Shown in pieces: positions 58,806 through 64,000 of a stretch of 64,000 bases of DNA. A program made the translations under genes and the position numbers. A model generated the notes under the pieces. That model was given only the letters and a program-made list of their open reading frames with translations. It was not told the origin of the DNA and did not search any database. The DNA comes from an uncultured Thermotogae bacterium (lineage in GTDB: Bacteria > Bipolaricaulota > Bipolaricaulia > UBA7950 > UBA9294). The stretch's first letter is position 1; each line of letters begins with the position of its first letter. The stretch covers positions 7 through 64,006 of the forward strand of contig CAZKAB010000007.1 in NCBI GenBank assembly GCA_964550615.1, read 5' to 3'.

Positions 58806-59987
58806 TCACAGTTTCTTGATGAAATCGACCACGTAGTCGATCTCTTCTTCAGTGTTGAAAAAATGAACCGCCAAACGCAGCCCGCCTGCACGAAGATGAG
58901 CGATGATGTTCGCCTTCTTCATCTTCTTCTCCAGCGCTGCCGCCGCCTTCGCCTGTGATACGTCTTGTGGCACTTTCACGGTGACAATCCCCGATCTTTC
59001 CCCCGGCTTGGTCGACGAAAGCAGCCCGATCCCGGAAGAAGAAAGCCGTTCCACTAGGTGCTCAACCAGCTCTTGTATCCGCTCCACAATTGAGTCGCTC
59101 CCCAGCTCGAGCACGTACTCGAGGGAGGTGGCAAATCCCTTGAGCGCGATAGGAGAGATGCCTTCCCGCTGAAACCTCAAGGCGCTCGCCGGAAGGGCCG
59201 GCTCGTTCATGTCATAGTCGCCGCCGGATATGAGGGCGTCCCACACTTTCTTCTGCGCGTCGGACGCGACACTGCAGAAGTCAATCGACGCCGGATTCAG
59301 TTTCTCGGCCAAGTCACGGCGCACGTAGGCAAAGCCGGCGCCAAGCGGCCCACACAGCCATTTGTACCCGCCGGTCGCCAGCACATCGATTTCTGTTTCT
59401 CGCACATCTATCGGCAGTACCCCGACCGCCTGAATGGCGTCGACACAGATCAGACCACCCATTTTATGAATCGCCGTTGTGAGCGCTTCGATATCATTGC
59501 GGAAACCAGTGCCAAACTCGACGTGACTGACGGCGAGAACGCGCGTTCTGCGATCGATCGCCGCGATCATCTCGGGCAAGGACAGTCTCCCATTCTTCGA
59601 GCGCACGATCCTCACCTCGACGCCGTGCAGATTCCCCTGGTAGAGCCAGGGGAACACGTTTGCCGGATACTCGAGATCGTTTATTACGATGTTGTCGCGC
59701 TTGCGCCACGGGATGGCCCCGGCAAGGATATTGATCCCGTCAGACGTACTCGACGTTACGACGATTTCCTCAGAATCGGCGTTTATAAGCTGCGCCGCGA
59801 GAGAACGTACGTCAGTCAAAGGATCGTCTTCCCAAGCCGCCTCGGCAAAGTCAACGCGCAACTCTTTTGAATACCGCTGCATTGCGACCATCGCCGTGCG
59901 AGGAAGCGGTCCTACGCCTGCAGAACCGAAGAAAACCGCCTTATGAAGCGCGGGAAAATCGTTGCGGATGCGTTCAATGTTGTACAT
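58806..59987 (-). CDS. Class V aminotransferase-fold PLP enzyme (cysteine-desulfurase-like)
   Basis: Start MYNIERIRNDFPAL after a GGAGGGG SD. GGYKWLCGPLGAGF (PLP lysine). Confidence 0.8.
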   Translation of the reverse strand: MYNIERIRNDFPALHKAVFFGSAGVGPLPRTAMVAMQRYSKELRVDFAEAAWEDDPLTDVRSLAAQLINADSEEIVVTSSTSDGINILAGAIPWRKRDNIVINDLEYPANVFPWLYQGNLHGVEVRIVRSKNGRLSLPEMIAAIDRRTRVLAVSHVEFGTGFRNDIEALTTAIHKMGGLICVDAIQAVGVLPIDVRETEIDVLATGGYKWLCGPLGAGFAYVRRDLAEKLNPASIDFCSVASDAQKKVWDALISGGDYDMNEPALPASALRFQREGISPIALKGFATSLEYVLELGSDSIVERIQELVEHLVERLSSSGIGLLSSTKPGERSGIVTVKVPQDVSQAKAAAALEKKMKKANIIAHLRAGGLRLAVHFFNTEEEIDYVVDFIKKL

Positions 59988-60042
59988 ACACCCCTCCAAC
60001 AATACTCTACTCGTATCGTAGTTGTAAGACAACGGGAGGAAT

Positions 60043-60357
60043 ATGAACAGCGGGTTGCATGCTCGAATCTATGATGCCGTACGTCGGATTCCGCCAGGGA
60101 TGGTGGCGACATACGGACAGATCGCGTATCTGATTGGAATGCCGAAGGCGGCTCGTGAGGTCGGCTGGGCATTGGCCGCGCTGCGCGACCACCACGTGGA
60201 CCGGCCCGTCCCTTGGCAGCGGGTCGTAAACGCCAAGGGAGAGATACGCACCGGCAAGGAACAGATTCGCCTGCTCGGAGAAGAGGGCGTGGAGATAGGC
60301 GCAAACGGCCGTATCGACCTCAAGCGGTTCGGTTGGGACGGATTGAGCGAAGCCTAG
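60043..60357 (+). CDS. Alkyltransferase-like protein (ATL): MGMT DNA-binding domain with Trp replacing the acceptor Cys
   Basis: VATYGQIAYLIG...REVGWAL...VPWQRVVN. The PCHR motif reads PWQR. 104 aa, no N-terminal domain. Confidence 0.8.
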   Translation: MNSGLHARIYDAVRRIPPGMVATYGQIAYLIGMPKAAREVGWALAALRDHHVDRPVPWQRVVNAKGEIRTGKEQIRLLGEEGVEIGANGRIDLKRFGWDGLSEA

Positions 60358-60366
60358 CCCCGCGAC

Positions 60367-60795
60367 CTATGCGGCATTGATTGTGCGATCGCGCGTCTGA
60401 CGCGCGAATGCCCCCGCTGCCTTCAAATCTGTGGAATTAGGGTGACCGCGCGCTACCAACCCGAGCGTGAACCAGTCGCGACCCTTGCAGGAAAACCGGC
60501 CGATAACCTCGCCGCCCCTTTGTTGGACGCATTCCGCCATCCAATCCAGATGACGCGGATCGCCGCCGTATGTCCCGAACAGGGCCACCTTCACTCCGGA
60601 GAAGCTTACAGGTCCGGAGAGGAAGCGGCGCACCGCTCGCGCGGGACGCCCACCATACACGCCGCTTCCCAAGAAAAGGAGGCGGACTCCCTCGACGTCG
60701 GCGACTCCTGCAACAAGCTCCGCCTCTATTCCTAACTCGTCCGCCATCGCTTCGGCGAGTCTGCGCGTATTGCCGGTCCATGAGTGGTACACCAA
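60367..60795 (-). CDS. Flavodoxin-like protein
   Basis: VYHSWTGNTRRLAE FMN-binding loop. The start is unclear: TTG 60795, GTG 60792, or an upstream in-frame CTG 60807 sitting 7 nt from GAGGAG. Confidence 0.75.
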   Translation of the reverse strand: MVYHSWTGNTRRLAEAMADELGIEAELVAGVADVEGVRLLFLGSGVYGGRPARAVRRFLSGPVSFSGVKVALFGTYGGDPRHLDWMAECVQQRGGEVIGRFSCKGRDWFTLGLVARGHPNSTDLKAAGAFARQTRDRTINAA

Positions 60796-60872
60796 TCTCG
60801 TGTCCAGTGATTTCTCCTCTTCCTTTCAGTTGCCCGATCCCGCGATCCAGCATACACTGACGCCGGAGGAAA

Positions 60873-61517
60873 ATGAAACGATCGATCGTCATTGTGCTTG
60901 TATTGTCGGTGGGGTTCGCAGCCACATCATGCTTCGGCCCGGTCATCCGTCCGACCGTCGATTTCACTTGGTGCCCGGATGGCTCGTCCGGAATGCTCGA
61001 CTATCGCTTCTCTCCCAATGTAGACACTGTTCCCAATCACTACATCGCCTCGCTCTCGTGGGAGTTCGGCGATGGGACGACGACTGAAGAATCGTATTGG
61101 GAAGTTATGCATCGTTTCGCTGAAGAAGGAACATATTCCGTAACACTCATCGCCACCGACGACCGCGGCGTTTCCGGAACCGTCACCAAGGACGTCCCGG
61201 TGGCAGCAGCAGCCCTCATCCGGGATTGGCAGCTCACGTCGGGCGTTCCAGCCAAGGTTACCGGCGAGGTAGTGAACCGCTACTCGCGGAAGCTACAAGC
61301 CGTCACTATCAAGGCCAAGTTCTACAACGCAGACGGCGTGCGCGTAACACAGGCAACAACCGAGATCGACGACCTCGATCCGGGCGAGATCGTCCGCTTC
61401 ACGATCCCGGTGCAGGAGCACGCATTCGAGATTTTCTACGCCAAGGTATCCGTGCAGTCGTTTTCCTCCGATTGTCCCAATCTTCCGCATACCGTGTACG
61501 ATGCGACTGATCGCTGA
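60873..61517 (+). CDS. Lipoprotein with a PKD domain and an FxLYD-like C-terminal domain
   Basis: Lipobox-like VGFAATSC. PKD core WEFGDGTT...GTYSVTLIATDDRG. 17-nt overlap with the next gene. Confidence 0.7.
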   Translation: MKRSIVIVLVLSVGFAATSCFGPVIRPTVDFTWCPDGSSGMLDYRFSPNVDTVPNHYIASLSWEFGDGTTTEESYWEVMHRFAEEGTYSVTLIATDDRGVSGTVTKDVPVAAAALIRDWQLTSGVPAKVTGEVVNRYSRKLQAVTIKAKFYNADGVRVTQATTEIDDLDPGEIVRFTIPVQEHAFEIFYAKVSVQSFSSDCPNLPHTVYDATDR

Positions 61518-62703
61518 TTTACATGTCCATTCGCGCCACAGCCGCGCCACCAGCCCGCAGATGGAGCTTCCATCTCTCTCTCGATGGGCGAAGATTAAAG
61601 GCATCGATATCTTAGGAACGGGCGATTTCACTCACCCGCAATGGTTTGACACCCTGCGCAAGAATCTGATCCCGGAAGGAAATGGCCTTCATCTCTATGA
61701 CGGAACGCGCTTCTTGCTCACCGCCGAGATATCCGCTATCTGGAGCCAGGGCGGCCGCGTGCGCAAGGTTCATGTGGTTGTTCTCGCCCCATCAATCGCC
61801 GCGGTGGGAAGAATAAATCGCGCTCTGGGAACGATCGGAAACCTCGGCGCCGACGGGCGGCCGATTCTTGGCATCTCCGCTGAGCGGCTGGCGACAGCGA
61901 TTTGGAGCGAATCCCCGGAGGCAGAGATCATCCCCGCCCACATCTGGACACCGTGGTTTTCCCTGTTCGGATCGCGTTCGGGATTCGACTCGTTGCAGGA
62001 GTGTTTCGGCCCACACAGCGGCCGCATCTTCGCCGTAGAAACGGGACTATCGAGCGATCCTCCGATGAATTGGCGCCTTTCCGCGCTCGATTCCTTCGCA
62101 CTTGTGTCAAACTCCGATGCCCACTCACCGAACAAGCTCGGCCGCGAGGCAACGATCTTCGACCTCTTCGAACCAAGCTATGATGAGATCATCGCCGCCA
62201 TGAAAGGGCGGGATCCGGCGCACCTCTTGGGAACAATCGAGTTCTTTCCGCAAGAAGGGAAGTATCACTACGACGGCCATCGCGCGTGCGGGATCGTCCT
62301 CTCTCCGCGCGAATCCATGAAGCACGACAATCGCTGCCCCGTCTGCGGCCGGCCGCTGACAATCGGAGTTATGCATCGGGTGGAGGACCTCGCCGATCGA
62401 GACGAAGACACACTCCCCACCGATCGTCCTTCCTATTGGAGTCTCGTCCCGCTGGAAGAGATCATCGCGCAAGCAGCAGGGGTCGGAGTGAAGACAAAGA
62501 CTGTCGCACGTGAATACGAAAGACTGATCGAGCGATTCGGAAACGAGCTTCGCATCCTGCTCGACCTTCCCACGAAGGAACTTGGCGTGGGAATACCGGC
62601 TCCGATCCTCGAGGGAATCAGCAAAGTACGTTCGGGCGAACTCAATGTCGACCCCGGCTACGACGGTGTGTACGGGAAAGTCACTATACCGATAGAGCGC
62701 TAG
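61501..62703 (+). CDS. Endonuclease Q-like PHP-domain protein
   Basis: MRLIADLHVHSRHSRATS PHP start. GTGDFTHPQW. Zinc-knuckle region YHYDGHRACG...CPVCGRPLTIGVMHRVEDL. About 400 aa. Confidence 0.7.
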   Translation: MRLIADLHVHSRHSRATSPQMELPSLSRWAKIKGIDILGTGDFTHPQWFDTLRKNLIPEGNGLHLYDGTRFLLTAEISAIWSQGGRVRKVHVVVLAPSIAAVGRINRALGTIGNLGADGRPILGISAERLATAIWSESPEAEIIPAHIWTPWFSLFGSRSGFDSLQECFGPHSGRIFAVETGLSSDPPMNWRLSALDSFALVSNSDAHSPNKLGREATIFDLFEPSYDEIIAAMKGRDPAHLLGTIEFFPQEGKYHYDGHRACGIVLSPRESMKHDNRCPVCGRPLTIGVMHRVEDLADRDEDTLPTDRPSYWSLVPLEEIIAQAAGVGVKTKTVAREYERLIERFGNELRILLDLPTKELGVGIPAPILEGISKVRSGELNVDPGYDGVYGKVTIPIER

Positions 62704-62757
62704 GAGAGCGAACTTCGATCCTTCCAATGTCGCTCCGAGCTTCCGTTATCGATGGAC

Positions 62758-63771
62758 CTACTGTTTGAACGCTTTCTCCACTTCGACGCGGAGCGATCGG
62801 GCGACCTCGTCCGTGCAAAAGGCGGCATTAGCGCTGTTTACGAGGAGCGTCTCCAACTGTCCCCGCGAGAGAGAAAAAGCGTCGACAACCGCGCCCAATT
62901 CATGCGTAACATCGATTTGCGACATCAGGCGGTTGTCGGTGTTGATAGTCACCGGAATACCAAGGTCGAGATAGCGCTTCAGCGGATGCTCGGCGTAGGA
63001 ATCCATTACGCCCGATATCTGAAGATTGCTCGTCGGGCAGACCTCGAGCGGAATCTTTCGCTCAGCAACCGCCCGTTCGGTTTCCTTATCCTGATAGAGG
63101 TACACACCATGCCCGATGCGCTCGGCGCCCAGCTCGATCGCCTCGCGTACGTGTGAAGGGCAGCAGCCCTCGCCGGCGTGAATCGTCACATGCACTCCGG
63201 CGTCGCGGGCAGTCTCGATCGCCCGGCGATGGATTGTCGGCGGAAACCCGTTTTCTGGCCCGGCAAGATCGAACCCAACAACGCCCTTGTCGAGATACTC
63301 CGCGGCAAGGGCCGCCGCCTGCTCGGATCGCCCGGTGGATTCGTGCTTCATCGCACACAGGATGACGCCGGTGCGGATCGGAAACGCCCGCTCCGCCCTC
63401 TTCGCTCCCGCAAGGACCGCCTCTACAACCTTGCGCGGCCGTAGACCTTGCTCCAGATGAAGGAGGGGGGCGAAGCGGATCTCCATATAGATCACATTCT
63501 CCGATGCCGCATCGACACACAGCTCGTAGGCCGCCCGCTCCAGCGACGTCTCCGACTGCAGCACGCCGACCGTGATCGCGAACGCCTGCAAATACTCCTC
63601 CAACGTGCATCGTTCCGGTGGAGTCAGAGCCCGCCGCAAATCGAGATCATCGGGGAATCGCTTATCTGGCGGGAGCGCCTGCGCAAGCTCGATCACCGTC
63701 TGCAACCGCATCGAGCCGTCAAGATGCACATGCAGGTCAAACTTCGGCAGATCGCGAATCCAACTGTTCAT
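62758..63771 (-). CDS. add: Adenosine deaminase
   Basis: DLHVHLDGS, VTIHAGE, HGV and TINTDNRLMS metal and catalytic motifs. Confidence 0.9.
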   Translation of the reverse strand: MNSWIRDLPKFDLHVHLDGSMRLQTVIELAQALPPDKRFPDDLDLRRALTPPERCTLEEYLQAFAITVGVLQSETSLERAAYELCVDAASENVIYMEIRFAPLLHLEQGLRPRKVVEAVLAGAKRAERAFPIRTGVILCAMKHESTGRSEQAAALAAEYLDKGVVGFDLAGPENGFPPTIHRRAIETARDAGVHVTIHAGEGCCPSHVREAIELGAERIGHGVYLYQDKETERAVAERKIPLEVCPTSNLQISGVMDSYAEHPLKRYLDLGIPVTINTDNRLMSQIDVTHELGAVVDAFSLSRGQLETLLVNSANAAFCTDEVARSLRVEVEKAFKQ

Positions 63772-64000
63772 GGCGCTATGTCTCCTTTACGTGATCACGC
63801 TGTCTTGGAAGGGCCGACAAGCTGCTAATCAGCAACGAAGAATGTCGTTCTATCGTCCGTTCGCCGGCATCGCGCTGCGGTGAACCAAAGACCCCGCCGC
63901 AAGACGCCAACCGGCCGGTGCAGAGAACTAGCACTGCCGTTTCCCCTTACCCCTTAATCCCTAATCCTTGCTTCTGTTTCCGCTTTCGACTCCCGACTCC

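Overview
This is a chromosomal core region of an unidentified bacterium, with 62 protein-coding genes and 5 tRNAs called. It is probably diderm, because one encoded protein ends in an OMP-type beta-signal (...GFRIRF). I found no transposase, integrase, CRISPR array, rRNA or recognisable phage or defence gene, so I cannot point to one clear-cut novel system. All family assignments rest on motifs read by eye; no database search was possible.

Gene content, left to right:
- 1-8660: the canonical block tRNA-Thr/Tyr/Thr, tuf, rpmG, tRNA-Trp, secE, nusG, rplK, rplA, rplJ, rplL, rpoB. Two oddities: NusG carries a ~180-aa insertion, and rpoC does not follow rpoB.
- 8.6-10.5 kb: after rpoB come a hairpin, a Nudix hydrolase, an AhpD-like gene and ~1 kb of ORF-poor DNA holding an ornate inverted-repeat structure.
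- 10.5-25.7 kb: kbl, ridA, an M19 dipeptidase, a GAF-PAS-GGDEF protein, a tandem P-loop kinase-like gene coupled to an MtfA/M90 peptidase, topA, an RpoD-like sigma factor, tldD/pmbA and a GNAT.
- 25.9-31.3 kb: nfeD-floA and lemA-DUF2207.
- 31.5-37.9 kb: a serC-like/serA/DUF1015 operon and a polar amino-acid ABC importer.
- 38.1-43.2 kb: an OMP-like protein coupled to a sigma-like protein lacking region 4.2; tRNA-Met followed directly by a degenerate RNase H-like gene, dtd and rpmF; ftsZ with a ~100-aa N-terminal extension.
- 43.2-48.6 kb: a PAS histidine kinase with an OmpR-type regulator, and a large LTD/PKD-repeat secreted protein.
- 49.0-57.8 kb: two TetR + LolA-like + ABC exporter modules.
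- 57.9-63.8 kb: a base-damage repair neighbourhood (fpg/nei, ATL, EndoQ-like) and add.

Strongest candidates for a second look:
- the FtsZ N-terminal extension;
- the OMP plus region-4.2-less sigma pair;
- the 9.8-10.2 kb structured inverted repeat;
- the rpoB/rpoC synteny break;
- the paired LolA-like/ABC modules;
- the kinase/MtfA pair.
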